A stretch of DNA of 64,000 nucleotides from Octopus sinensis (lineage: Eukaryota). The stretch lies in assembly GCF_006345805.1 (NCBI RefSeq), contig NC_043010.1, positions 7,378,001 through 7,442,000 of the forward strand, written 5' to 3'. Each line of letters begins with the position of its first letter. Positions within the stretch are counted from its first letter, which is position 1. Below, one piece after another: positions 13,414 through 26,454 of this stretch. The position numbers and the translations under genes are program-made. The notes beneath the pieces are model-generated. The model was given only the letters and a program-made list of their open reading frames with translations, did no database searches and was not told where the DNA came from.

Positions 13414-13703
13414 ATAGAAGGAAAGATCAAGAGAAGGGAAGACAGAGGAAAAAAAATCGCCAACAGTTCACACGAGGTCACATTATGTAAACCACGTGTG
13501 AATCATTGGTGATTTTCTTCCTCCGTCTTCCCTTCTTTTGGACTTTACTCTATTTGCGAAGAAGAGCTTTGCTCCAAATGTTAAATCCTCTTTCTTTCCT
13601 ATCCTGAGTGTCTGATAATATAATACTTGTACTACGTCCTCAAGTTGTTGTTTTTTCATGTTTGTTCTTCTTTAATTGGATTCACAATATATATATATGT
13701 ATA

Positions 13704-13753
<50 letters not shown>

Positions 13754-14009
13754 TAAATAAAATAAAACATATGCATATATATAAACATATATGTACGTAC
13801 CTACCTCTACATGTATATATACACGCATATATGAGAACAGGACACCAAAAAAAAAAACGTCGAACACAATGAGAAATGAAAACATAGACACAAACCCAAG
13901 GAACTGGACATTTTTTTAAACAACAAAAAAATAGAGTACAGGACAATTAACACAAAGAAAAAACCCCTTCTTCAGTCACTATGGTTTCATCTACTCTACG
14001 TTTCGAAGG

Positions 14010-14047
<38 letters not shown>

Positions 14048-14237
14048 ATGGTCTTCTTTCATTTCCATCTACCAAATCCATTCACAAGGCTTCAGTCACC
14101 CTGAGACTATGGTAGAAGGCATTTGCCCAAAGTGCTATGCTGTGGGACTGAATCTGGAACCATGTGGTTGGGAAGCAAGTTTCTCGCCACACAACCACAC
14201 CTGCGCGTATTGCATCAATTTGTATTCATCTTCCCAG

Positions 14238-14469
14238 GTATTTTCACTCACTCTTATATAATGCAGGGTCAGCCATGTATCTTTTCAATAGCAAAATATT
14301 TGTGCTTGTACCTGACTTAAAGCCACCTCCCCCCTCCCTCTTAAAAACCCACACTCAGACATTGGTGGGGCTTTCCACTATTCTTTTCTTGTCTTGCAAT
14401 TTCCTTGGCAACCTCACTTGTCTAGTGGCATGGAAAACAAAACAAAAACCACAACACCCAGGACACACT
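14238..14469 (+). pseudogene. Open exon, phase 2>0
   Basis: Acceptor TTTGTATTCATCTTCCCAG. The frame stays open for 114 codons (ORF 14164..14583): YFHSLLYNAGSAMYLFNSKIFVLVPDLKPPPPS...KPQHPGHT. Donor ACT|GTAAAG is phase-compatible with 16372. Confidence 0.6.
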
Positions 14470-14776
14470 GTAAAGTTTATAGTGTTAAGAAGAACATCCA
14501 GCTATAGCGACTATGCCAACACTGAAACTAGAGCAATGCAACCCTGTGGGAAATGGATGCTAAATTATGATGATATTTATTGAATTTTTTTCTGACACAA
14601 CACAATTTTTTCATACACTTCTGAACATAAATGTGCACACATACACAGAATATAGGTTTGAAATTTCCCCAGGATACCTGATGAAGTCTGGAGACTATAT
14701 CAACCGAAACGTTGTGTTAACAACAAACAAGATAAGGACAAAAATATGTCAAATGTAAATGGTGCAAATAATGTAG

Positions 14777-14964
14777 AAGATGGAATATACGAGAATTTAT
14801 TAATTAATCACGACAATTGTTTCAACACATCTAGCATCGATTTGTCTTGAGTGGGATACTGAACAGCTGAACCAGTTGTTGTGTGTCCCACTCAAAAGGA
14901 ATCAATGCTAGATGTGACAAAACAATTGTCGTGATTAACAATAAATTCTTGTAGATTCCATCTT
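14777..14964. repeat. Long imperfect inverted repeat (~83-bp arms, ~23-bp loop)
   Basis: 14777-14859 versus the reverse complement of 14883-14964. Confidence 0.9.
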
Positions 14965-15051
14965 GTGTCTTTCATTTGCTATATATATTTGTTTGGCATC
15001 CTTTCTGTCTCGGGAGACAATGGAGTTGCGCATTTTTTTTTTTTTTTTTTT

Positions 15052-15663
15052 CTAGGTCTAGTCCGGCTGTTATATTTTTTTCTTGAATTTTAGTTGCTTG
15101 CCTGGTGCAGAGGTTGCAGGCCGCTTTTCGAGTCGTACTCTTAGCTCCAAGCACCCAATGGAACAGGCGGCTTGTGGCGGGTCAGCACCTTATTAACTGG
15201 GGGCTGCCCAGCTTGAGGTGGGCAGTAGCTAACCAATAGGACACGGAAGTCCCTCCCACCGGCAGAGGTAACCCGTAGCGTCCATATTTTACGCCAATCT
15301 GAATGGACTTATCACTCGTAACTGTTACCTCCCGTGTTGTTACTGCAGCTTTTTACAGCAGCACTGAAGTGTCCTCTCCAGTTTTGTGCAGGCCTGGGCT
15401 ATAGATAAGAAAGTCCTGGGTAGCCCAATCGTCAGGTTTCCTCTCTCGACCTTGCTGATGTAGTCCAGTGGAGTGCAGTGCATTACGTTTGGCACCAGCT
15501 TGGTTGCAGGAGCTGCCAGAAGAGTGTCGAATCGAACACTAGACCGCCATCGGGGCTCCACTCCGGATTTCATTGAAGGTTGTCTCCTTTCCGTAACCCT
15601 GGATAGGGGCCCATACCGGGTACTGTCAGCCAGAGCCAGCTGAGCCCGGAACTCGTGTCAGGC
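15052..15663. other. GC- and CpG-rich island, probably retroelement-derived
   Basis: Sharp GC rise between a T-run and a (TA)n tract; no convincing ORF; no second copy in the window. Confidence 0.4.
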
Positions 15664-16371
15664 AATATATATATATAAACCAAAAATGAGTGAAAAAATA
15701 CAGAAGGCTTGTGTTATATGGTTAAAGAATATATTTAAGTCGTTATGTTAGAAAAATGTTATTAACTTTTGTGCATAGTAACATAGTTTTTGGAGAAATA
15801 ACCAGTTTCGTATTTTCTTTTCAAATTTCTCAAATTTCATTACTTACATCGTGTCATGTCTTCACTATGTTGTGAAATATGGAGTTCCAATATATATATA
15901 CACACATACACATATATATGCATACATATATATATTTATATATATAAAAATATATATATATGTATGTGTGTATGTATATACGTATATATATGTATGTATA
16001 TCCATATATGTATGTGTGTATGTATGCATATATGTCTATGTTATATGTAGTGAGAGGGGAAGGGATGGAGGGAGGTTGTCATGGAGATGTATAGGTTTGA
16101 AAAATGATAAAATAATTAGTTAATTAGTTAAGAAGTCTAATTACTATCATATAAAATATGAATCTCATTCTTCAACAATTATTATAACTAGTAAACCTTG
16201 CTCTTCTTCTCATGTTAGACATTTGTGGAAATTCATGGAGAATGTTTTCCATTCCAAACTAACCTAAATAGCAATGATAACTAAGTTTGCCTCATATCCC
16301 AGCTAGAAATGAATTCGGAGATTGGATGTTTCATAGCTTGTTAATATGTTATCCAAATATTATCTTCCTAG

Positions 16372-16421
16372 AAATTTACCAGAAAGCCAGATCATTATTG
16401 GAGAGCTTCTGAATGGCTGAT
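16372..16421 (+). pseudogene. Open exon, phase 0>2
   Basis: Acceptor ATATTATCTTCCTAG, donor GTAAGA. KFTRKPDHYWRASEWL. Confidence 0.55.
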
Positions 16422-16532
16422 GTAAGAAGGTTAAGTGAGTTTTATTGGCTTATAATAATTGGATTTCAACCAGTCATTATAAATGTATCTGTACTTGTAC
16501 AGTAACTAATGGGGTCCTCTTGAATTTTTTTA

Positions 16533-16626
<94 letters not shown>

Positions 16627-17306
16627 TGTGTATGTATGTATGTATAGCTGACTGACTGTCTATTTCAATATGAGATCTGCAATAAGAATCTACTTTGACT
16701 GTGGATACTCAAAGGCTCAAAAGCCTTATATGCAATCGATGACTGGATATCAAGTGTAGCCTATAGTTAAAAGATTTACCAATGCATAACGATTGTGAGA
16801 TTAAGTATGCAATATACATTTCCTTATATATATATTCTGCTTTCAATGGAACATGCACATAGTTATTGACAACAAAGCTGTATTTGATGTCTGAACACTA
16901 ATCAATTAAAAATATTTCACCAGGCGTATTCCTTTATGCATTAGTGATATTTAATTGTCAACAGATAAGAGACAGGCTTTGTGAATTAAAGTTTTACAAA
17001 TCTACAATTCTTCACCTGGAGAGAAATCGTGGTAGATGTTTTAAATGCTACTTCAATGCCAATAATAAAATAAGATTTTACAGTTGTTAACTAGAATGAG
17101 AACCATATACTTGCTATATGAAAGGAACTTTAGTTCTGAGGGTTTTGTAGCAAGAAGATAAGAAACCACTTCTTTAAATCTCATTCATTTCAAGATTATA
17201 AGGTTTTCTTTCATTGGTTGTTTGTTCTACTTTCTATTGCAAAGGAAAGAATCAACATGACAGGAGTCGATTTATTTTAGTTTATTTTAGTTCTTTATTC
17301 TGTTAG

Positions 17307-17340
17307 GGAAGCAAATTTAAGTTTAATGGAATCAGATAAG
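17307..17340 (+). pseudogene. Open short exon, phase 2>0
   Basis: Acceptor TTCTTTATTCTGTTAG, donor AAG|GTACTC. (M)EANLSLMESDK. Confidence 0.55.
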
Positions 17341-17572
17341 GTACTCAAAATGATTGCTGAAGACTAGAAATTTTAAGAACTTTGTAATGAGTAAGAAAAA
17401 ATGTATATGCTATGCATCGTCTTCCTTGCAGTTCAATTTAAAATTCAAACTTCAAATCCCACCAAATATCATCTAGAAATGATTATCTCCCTTAGACTAA
17501 CTGGTCATCAGGGCACATGACTGGTATGTTATATGATATCTTTGAACATTTCCATTTTTTCTTTTTATCCAG

Positions 17573-17655
17573 TTGCAAACATATTACCCCTATTGTCAAT
17601 TTTACTCTTGCCAGCAGAATTGAGACTTCTTTGGCCCAAATTTAGCATACACAAA
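17573..17655 (+). pseudogene. Exon with one TGA, phase 0>2
   Basis: Acceptor TTTTTTCTTTTTATCCAG. LQTYYPYCQFYSCQQN*DFFGPNLAYT, TGA at 17621; donor GTATTT. Confidence 0.5.
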
Positions 17656-18752
17656 GTATTTTTTGTTCGTCAGCTTATTGCAGCACATTCTGTATACATT
17701 TTTTTTTTACATTGCTGTGCCAAACCAGTGGGGATTAGCTAGTACACTCAGCAAATTCATCAACCTAAAGTATTTTTTTCTTTATAAGCAAGAACTTATA
17801 AATAAAAAAACAAAAACAAAATAAGAATTAAAGAAAAAAACTATATGAGAGAAAAAAATGTAGAATCTTAAGCTGTACTTAAGGCAAACTTCAATAAGAT
17901 GGACAGAGGAGGAAGTAGCCATAGGGTGGGGGAATACTAATGTTTATTACTCTGTGGCATAAGAGATGAGTGATTTAGCTAAGATAAACAGACACAATAA
18001 TATAAAATTACTCAGCACCACTACACATTACAGATATTATCACTGGCAAAACTATCCAGCTATAAAACTGCAGTTTTAATCCAACACACTTTAAACAATA
18101 CACTGTTATTGCAGCACGAGATCTGTGAACAGGACTACCTCACATTAGGGCACAGATAGAGAATGTTTACTGTTTTTCTAGGGACATTTTCACCAACATT
18201 GCTTGATAATTAACTGAAGCATTTTATACTCTTACAGGGGTTTTGATGAATGAGAAATGACTAATCTATAAATTTCTTTCTTTATTCAGGGGTTTTTTGT
18301 TTTTATCAATGCTGCCAATCTTTGACTAGAGAGCCATATCCTGTATTAAATATTCACGCAATATTTTTTTTTTATGACACTTCAAATCTGCTAAAGATTA
18401 CTGGATGGATTTGTGAAATGAAGCTTCAGCTTCCCATTGGGGGGTAAATTCACTTTTCCTGCTGGACTCCTCAATGGATGGCTGGTTGGCTAGCTGGCTA
18501 GCTGGCTGGCTGGCTGGTTAGCTAAACACTCGACTTAGACACACTGCTGACATCCATCTCTCAGTTAAATAAAACTTGCACGAAAAATCAAAATTGGAAA
18601 AATCAGGGATTCAGGTTTCCAAGGATAATCAATCATGTTGCTAGGGATAATAAATAACTCCTGAAAACTGATTCCATTTTTAGGGATAGAAATATTAAAA
18701 AAAACAATAGCAAAAATATGAGTAGTGTGTGTGTATGTGTATGTGTGTGTGA

Positions 18753-18790
<38 letters not shown>

Positions 18791-18856
18791 TCACACACAC
18801 ATACACATACACATATACATATATATACACATATACATATATATATACACATACAC

Positions 18857-18903
<47 letters not shown>

Positions 18904-18929
18904 ATATATATATATATATAATATATATA

Positions 18930-19023
<94 letters not shown>

Positions 19024-19024
19024 G

Positions 19025-19065
<41 letters not shown>

Positions 19066-19276
19066 CGAGGCACTGACCATAAATAAGTTAGCAATGGAAT
19101 AAAGGAGAAAAGAATGAAAGAGAGATGGGGGGGGATGGAGAAAGAATGCTAGCATGATAAAGAGAAAACAGAATGATGTTTCTCCATTGTATTTTTTGGG
19201 GGGCTTTTTGTTTTGTGTGTAATTTTTTTGTTTTCCCTTAGCTGTGTTTTGGACAAATCTACCTAGCCATTTTCAG

Positions 19277-19385
19277 GTTGAATATCTCTTTTGATTTTAT
19301 TGGTAATGACTGTTGTTCAAGTAAAGCAAAATTTTTGTTTATAGTTCAAATAAAATGGAATTTGATAGAACAGAAATGCTTGATG
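19277..19385 (+). pseudogene. Open exon, phase 2>0
   Basis: Acceptor GCCATTTTCAG, donor ATG|GTAACT. LNISFDFIGNDCCSSKAKFLFIVQIKWNLIEQKCLM. An alternative acceptor lies at 19344. Confidence 0.45.
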
Positions 19386-19399
19386 GTAACTACTCTCAC

Positions 19400-19401
19400 T
19401 G

Positions 19402-19473
<72 letters not shown>

Positions 19474-20019
19474 ATAATAATAATAATAATAATATTACTA
19501 CTACTACTACTACTACTACTACTAACTCCACCCACCACCACCACCACCACCACTACTGCCATCGCCATTTTCATCAGTAATATCCCCACCACCACCATCA
19601 CCATCACCATCACCACAACCACTACCATGACCACTGCCCCTGCCAGCACCACCAACATCAACACCGCCACGACCAACGACAACAACAACAACAACAAGAG
19701 CAACATTACTACTACTACTACTACTACTATTACTGGTGAGGCAGCTGTTGGAGCTGTCATCACTGCTACTGCTGCTGTTGCTGCTGCTGCTGCTGCAAGG
19801 CAGTCATGGCTCTAACAATCCTGTTATGAACTGCAAACATCAAACGGCAGCAATTCAGTGAGGATGGGATTGGAGGAAGAAGAAGAAAAATTTGAAATCA
19901 AATAAATCATCATTAAATTAGGCTCAAAATACAAAGCCAAAACAATAACGATAACAACAACAATAATAATGATAATAATAATAATAGTAATAATAATAAT
20001 AATAATGATTATGATAATG

Positions 20020-20050
<31 letters not shown>

Positions 20051-20124
20051 TGATGATGATGATAATGATAATAATGATGATGATGATGACAACAATAATA
20101 ATAATAATAATAATAATAATGATA

Positions 20125-20170
<46 letters not shown>

Positions 20171-20184
20171 TGATGATGATGATA

Positions 20185-20221
<37 letters not shown>

Positions 20222-20280
20222 TGATGATGATAATGATAATAATGATAATAATAATGATAATAATGATAATAATAATAAGG
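19400..20280. repeat. Compound trinucleotide microsatellite field (TAC/TAA/CAC/CAA/GCT/ATA/ATG)
   Basis: Read directly; source of the poly-T/S/V/I/M ORFs. Confidence 0.95.
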
Positions 20281-21055
20281 GGCTAGTTTTCAGAAGTGAG
20301 ATATGAAGAGAGATGGGGGAGGGGAGAGGGGGAGAGAGAGGGAGAGAGAGAGAGACAGTGAGTGACTGAGTGAGGAAGAAAGAGAGAAATCTTTGGGACA
20401 ACAAACACCCGTCTATGTCAAAACTTCCAATAGCAGATATCAATGGTGTATGCCAGTAATAGCTACATCACCAATTTCATTAATAACATAGACTGTTTTT
20501 CTATCTAATTAAAAACCAAGTGATTTGATAGCCATCTCTAGAGACCTTCCTATTGATTCTGATTTATGTACACTTCAGTTAAGATTTAATCATATACATA
20601 CCCAACTTCTACTGTACAAATTATATAAGTTTGTCTGTTCACTGAATTAATTGGTCAATGGAGAACTAACTTAATTGATGCTATTGGTAGATTTTTTAAT
20701 TAATCACAACTTTTCTATTGTAAGAGGTAGATATAGATAGGTAAAGTTGCTAATAATGTTTTAGCAGTCTATGATATAAAACTTAATATTAACCATAGAC
20801 TTAATATCTTTAAGGGAGAATAATTATATTTTACCGCTATATATATATATGTGTATGTATGTGTGCATGTGTGTACACATACATATATACATACATATGT
20901 TTTCATACATAAATATATAATATATATATGGTGGTCTTCTTTCAGTTTCCATGTGCCAAATTCAGTCACAAGGTTTAGGTTGGTTCAAAGCTATAGCAAA
21001 AAGCACTCGCTCAAGGTGCTACACAGTGGGACTGAACCCAGAACCATGTGGTTAT

Positions 21056-21700
21056 GTGCCGGTGGCACGTGTAAAAAAGACTCGAGCAAGGTCGTTGCCA
21101 GTACCGCCTGACTGGCACCTGTGCCAGTGGCACGTGTAAAAAAGATTCGAGCAATGTCGTTGCCAGTACCGCCTGACTGGCACCTGTGCCAGTGGCACGT
21201 GTAAAAAAGACTCGAGCAAGGTCGTTGCCAGTACCGCCTGACTGGCACCTGTGCCAGTGGCACGTGTAAAAAAGATTCGAGCAATGTCGTTGCCAGTACC
21301 GCCTGACTGGCACCTGTGCCAGTGGCACGTGTAAAAAAGATTCGAGCAATGTCGTTGCCAGTACCGCCTGACTGGCGCCTGTGCCGGTGGTACATGTAAA
21401 AAAGATTCGAGCGAGGTCGTTGCCAGTACCGCCTGAGTGGCGCCTGTGCCGGTGGCACATGTAAAAGAGATTCGAGCGAGGTCGTTGCCAGTACCGCCTG
21501 ACTGGCGCCTGTGCCGGTGGCACATAAAAAGCACCTACTACACTCTCGGAGGGGTTGGCGTTAGGAAGGCCATCCAGCAGTAGAAACTTTGCCAGATCAA
21601 GACTGGAGCCTGGTGCAGCCATCTGGTTCACCAGCTCTCTGTCAAAATCGTCCAACCCATGCTAGCATGGAAAGCAGACATTGAACGATGATGATGATGA
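21056..21700 (+). repeat. RTE-type 3' UTR copy containing a 7 x 65-bp tandem array (21056..21510)
   Basis: Unit GTGCCAGTGGCACGTGTAAAAAAGATTCGAGCAATGTCGTTGCCAGTACCGCCTGACTGGCACCT, followed by the same 3' UTR and (ATG)n tail as the RTE at 47510. Related copies at 3235-3418(-), 47185-47390(-), 56040-56335(-), 59920-60115(-), 60175-60465(-), 60500-60850(+), 62020-62550(+). Confidence 0.9.
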
Positions 21701-22659
21701 TGTATGTATGTATGTATGAGGGGCTGCTGAAAAGTTCCTGGCTGTAGGTAAAAGGAAAAACAGGAGGATCGCATAATATTTAACATATTCCCTTCTCAGA
21801 TTCACACAATTATTTTTCTAAGCCCTGAAAAAGAACTCAGAAGGTTGGGCCATTCACAGTACCTATTTCTTTATTACCCACAAGGGGCTAAACACAGAGA
21901 GGACAAACAAGGACAGACATAGGTATTAAGTTGATTACAGTGCATAACTGGTACTTATTTATCAACCCCGAAAGGATGAAAGGCAAAGTCGACCTCGGCA
22001 GAATTTGAACTCACAACGTAACGCAGACGAAATACTGCTAAGCATTTCACCCGGCATGCTAACGCTTCTGCCAGCTCGCCATCTTTACAATACCCTTTAA
22101 AACCAGGATCCCTTTGTACGCCTAAAATGTTCTTTAAAGAAGATTGGCTCGACTATTTTTTAACTCTACTTTAGGATTTAATCAGTGACTGAGTAATTTC
22201 TTTAGCCATTAACTAATTCACTGATTATAAACTCTCTATTGTTAACGAATTAAGTGAACTGGATAGACGGATTTGCATATACAACACAGTGTTGGTAGTT
22301 AGTTTGAGAAATAAATTACCGGTGCATTGACTATTTCATTTCAATATTATATTGTACTTTTGTCTTTAATCTTTTGCTTGTTTCAGTCATTGGACTGTGG
22401 CCATGCTGGAGCACAGTGTTGCAGGGTTTAGCTGAATGAACCAACACCAGTACCTATTTTTTTTTTAATCTATTACTTATTCTATCAATTGCTTTGGCTG
22501 AACTGCTTAGTTACAGGAAAATAAACAAACAAAAAAACAGAGACAAACACACAAACAGATATATATAGTGGACTTCCACACTGTTTTTCTCTACCAAATT
22601 CATTCACAAAGCATTAGTTAGACCAGGGCTATAATGTAGAAGACTTGCCTAAGGTACTA

Positions 22660-23600
22660 TTGAGTCATTCCATAAATAATGTGGTTCTTCCAATTGCATG
22701 AACTAAAAGTTAGAGGAGGATGGGATAAACTACCTGCATCAATTTGCTATAAAAGCAGGTAGTAATTTTGCCTTGTACTTATTCTTAGCGCAAGGTATGA
22801 AGAGTGCAGTTTGATTTTAACAGTTATTTTTTTCAAAGCTATAATGGAAGTGACACAGGAGGATATTCAGTATATTTTGCTTTATGAATTCAATAAAGGC
22901 AATAACACAATGGAAAGTGCAAGGAATATTAATGCTGCATATGGAGATACTGCAAGGAATATTAATACTGTATATGGAGATCAGACAATAAGCAAAAGCC
23001 AGTGTCAACAGTAGTTCCAGAAATTTCAAGCCGGAAACTACAGCCTAGAAGATGAATCTCATCCTGGATGACTTGTAAAGCTCAACAAGGACATCCTGCA
23101 AACCCTGGTGGAACAAAATCCTATTGTAACTGTTGAGGAACAAGCAGAGAAGTTTGGATTTGGTCATTCAACCAGTCATTCAAGTCAGCACCAGAAGAAA
23201 AATGACCATCTTTGGTTTTAAGATGAAAAGTTTTTTTCCATCAGGATAATGCTTGGCTACATACGACAAGGATGACATTCCAAAGGCTGGAGCAATTTGA
23301 ATGGGAAACAATGCTCCACCCATCATATTCACTGGACATTGCTACATCGGATTTATTATTTATTCCATGTTCTTCAAAATCACTTGAACAGAAAAAATAT
23401 GAACTCTGTAGATGAGGTCAGAATAGTACTGAAGGAATATTTTCATCACAGACAAGTGAATTTTGGAAGAGAGGTCTTGCAAGTCTACCAGATAGATGAA
23501 AGAGCAGTGTAGAAAAGGAATGCGGGTATTTTTTAGATTAAAAAACAACTGAAAAATAAAAGAAGTATAAAAAAACTGCATTTTTCATGGCATGACCCAA
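22660..23600 (+). mobile_element. Mariner, internally deleted and degenerate
   Basis: TA-flanked TIRs TTGAGTCATTCCAT / ATGGCATGACCCAA. N-terminus MEVTQEDIQYILLYEFNKGNN (ATG 22844) and a degenerate HPSYSLDIATSD motif. Confidence 0.88.
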
Positions 23601-25146
23601 TATATTCTATACTTATAACTGTTCAGTTGCACAGTCATAACTATAGAATATATCTACAGATTTTAGCCACCACTGTATATTCTAGGAAGATATAAACACT
23701 TTGTCTTAGTTAATCCCTTAGTAATGGTGAATTTATGGGCAGTGTCTCTATGAGCTCCTAAAGAAATTCTGCCACTAATATGGCTGATCCCTTACTTTCC
23801 ATCTACATTGAGATATTGAGCATAACAACCAAAACTTTATATATGTCTATTCAATACAAGTTAAAACCTATAGATATACTCTGTTGTTACAATGGGGCTG
23901 ACGTGGATGTTCTCTGTGCATAAAATTGCAAAACTCAGATCCATTCCTAAATGTGGCGACCCTGTCTATAATTATAGACAGAACCACAGTATTTAAAAGC
24001 AGATTAGACTCACTTTTGTCTCTTCAATAATTGTTCTGGTTCTTCAATGTAATAACAGATGCTTTCACTAAATGAATGGCACAAGAATCAAACCATATGG
24101 TTTTTGTGAACTGATATACAACACAAATATACAAAATTAATTAAATTTAACACTAATGATATGTTTGATATATTTCATGTTCTATGGTTTGAATTGAATT
24201 GAGAATGTAATACAAAATGCCAAATATGAATTCAGGCATTTTTGAATTAAGTTCAGATAATTTACTATCAACCCCACATTAGAGCTGAACCAGAAATGTT
24301 GTAAAGCATTTATTAAGATTATAACTTTAGAAATATCCCCATGAGAAAACTCATGATTTTTGCACATAGGACAAAAGATAGTTGCTTATTTATAAGCACA
24401 TATATATGATATGAGGAAAAAATATTGCGTGTACAAATGAAATTCCATTAAAAATATTAATTTGATCTTTGTAAGTTTTATATTTGGGTTTGAATGTCAG
24501 AAATCAATAGTTATAGAAAATGTGTATTGCTTTTAGTTAAAGCTATTTTGCTTTGAATTTTATCCTTTAATGTTCATGAATGATTGATCTAAATAAGAGG
24601 AAAGAGATTGCCGAGAATCAGTGTCAACTGCTTCAAAATTCTATAGAGGTAATTTATAAAATTAGTTAAACTAAGCAATATTTAGCATTTATATGTATTT
24701 CATATCAATATAATAAATTTAGAGCAATTTATACTGAAATTCCATTTAAGTTATACAAACCATATGTGAAAAAAATAATACCATTCTTCAAAAAAATTTC
24801 AAAAATTCTATAAGGAAAAATGCATGAAAAACATTCCTTTAAGCCAATTCTCTGTATGGGTTTCTCTTATAATTTCTCTTATAATTAGCTGTCAATATAT
24901 CTTGTTATACTGACTGAAAACCTTCAGATGATAATATGGTAGCGTGCTTATGCAACAATAAAACAAGATTATATTTGATAAAATATAAATATTTTGTCTA
25001 CCCTTAACACAATTCATGTATTTTTATCTCTTACCAGTTAAACTGTATTTCATGCTAGTATGTAGTGTATAAATTATATTATTGCTTTCTCACACTCATT
25101 ACTAAATAAATGAATAATATTTTTATGTTTCTGTTTGTCCTATTAG

Positions 25147-25219
25147 TGATAGTAGAAAATCTAAATCAAATCTAGCCAATATTTCTGTGCTTACTAAGCT
25201 AAATTCTGGCCAGCTGAAG
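25147..25219 (+). pseudogene. Open exon, phase 2>0
   Basis: Acceptor TTTCTGTTTGTCCTATTAG, donor AAG|GTACAG. DSRKSKSNLANISVLTKLNSGQLK. Confidence 0.55.
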
Positions 25220-26349
25220 GTACAGACAACTCGTGAAGTCACCTGGAGCAGCACATGATTGGGGTTGCTACACCACATACTCTTTTACTCTTTTACTTGT
25301 TTCAGTCATTTGACTGCAGCCATGCTGGAGCACCACCTTTAGTCGAGCAAATCGACCCCGGGACTTATTCTATCGGTCTCTTTTGCCGAACTGCTAAGTG
25401 ACAGGGACGTAAACACACCGGCATCGGTTGTCAAGCAATGCTAGAGGGACAAATACATACACACACCACATATATATATATATATACACATATACATATA
25501 TACATATATACGACAGACTTCTTTCAGTTTCCGTCTACCAAATCCACTCACAAGGCTTTGGTCGGCCCAAGGCTATAGTAGAAGACACTTGCCCAAGATG
25601 CCACGCAGTGGGACTGAACCCAGAACCATGTGGTTGGTTAGCAAGCTACTTACCTCACAGCCACTCCTGCGCCTATGTTTAGAATCTTTGCAATAAAAGA
25701 GGAAAGAAATAAAGAATAGGCACAGGAATGGCTATGTGGTATAGAAGCTTTCTTTGAAACTGTATGGTTTCAGTTTAATCTCATTGCATGGGATCTTGGG
25801 TAAGTGTCTTCTGCATATATGATATAGCACTTGAGCAAGAAGTGTTTGGTATTAAGAAGGCCATCCAGCTGTAGAAGCCAAAGCAAAGCAGACATTGTCG
25901 TTCAGTTCACATCAAACTGTCCAACCATGCCCACAGGGAAAAAAAAAAGGAAGTTAAATGATGATGATCATCTATGTGTGTACTGTGTGAGTTTGTGTGC
26001 CCGTGTGTATATGTGCATGTATGTGTGAGTGTATATGTGTGTGCATCTTTGTGTTTAACCCCCCCACCCACCAACACCACTTGACAATTGGTGTTGAATT
26101 GTTTACAGCCCTGTAACTTAGTGGTTCATCAATATGGACCAACAGAATATAAAAGGAAACTATAAGCAGACTATAAAAGGAAAAAACAAAAAGCTCTTGG
26201 GTCAATTTGTTTGACTTAAAACATTTTAGGTGGGACCCCAGCATGGCCACAGTCCAGCGAAGGAAACAAATAAAAGATAAAAGGTGAAAGGAGCTCGTTA
26301 TTCCAACATTTAATAAGTTGTAATAAGCACTTTGTTACTACATTCACAG

Positions 26350-26454
26350 ATTTGAGACTTTGCGAAACTTTCAAAGGTTATTCTTCTGAGGGCATTAAAA
26401 TTTAGTTTACGTGAATACCAGCAAAACTTAGGCCCAGTCCTGGATAAATCTAAG
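26350..26454 (+). pseudogene. Exon with TGA at codon 2, phase 0>0
   Basis: I*DFAKLSKVILLRALKFSLREYQQNLGPVLDKSK, TGA at 26353; donor AAG|GTGCAG. Confidence 0.5.

Larger units (their letters stand above)
12847..13483. mobile_element. Inverted pair of Penelope-like pLTR repeats (12847-13060 forward, 13262-13483 reverse); degenerate third copy at 13505-13685
   Basis: The arms are directly alignable reverse complements and each carries a CTGACGA...GAAAC motif. Confidence 0.7.

Noticed and set aside
15118-15240. HDV-like ribozyme
   Set aside because: Only P1 and a P4/GCTAA-like part could be drawn; P2, P3 and P1.1 were not satisfied.
19317-20443. Poly-Thr/Ser/Ala/His/Ile/Met ORFs
   Set aside because: Compound trinucleotide microsatellites with no splice or codon evidence.
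21056-21510. CRISPR-like array
   Set aside because: Whole 65-bp units repeat, there are no unique spacers or cas genes, and the context is a eukaryotic retroelement UTR.
20951-21655. 155-214 aa Cys/His-rich ORFs
   Set aside because: Translations of the 65-bp tandem array and flanking repeats.
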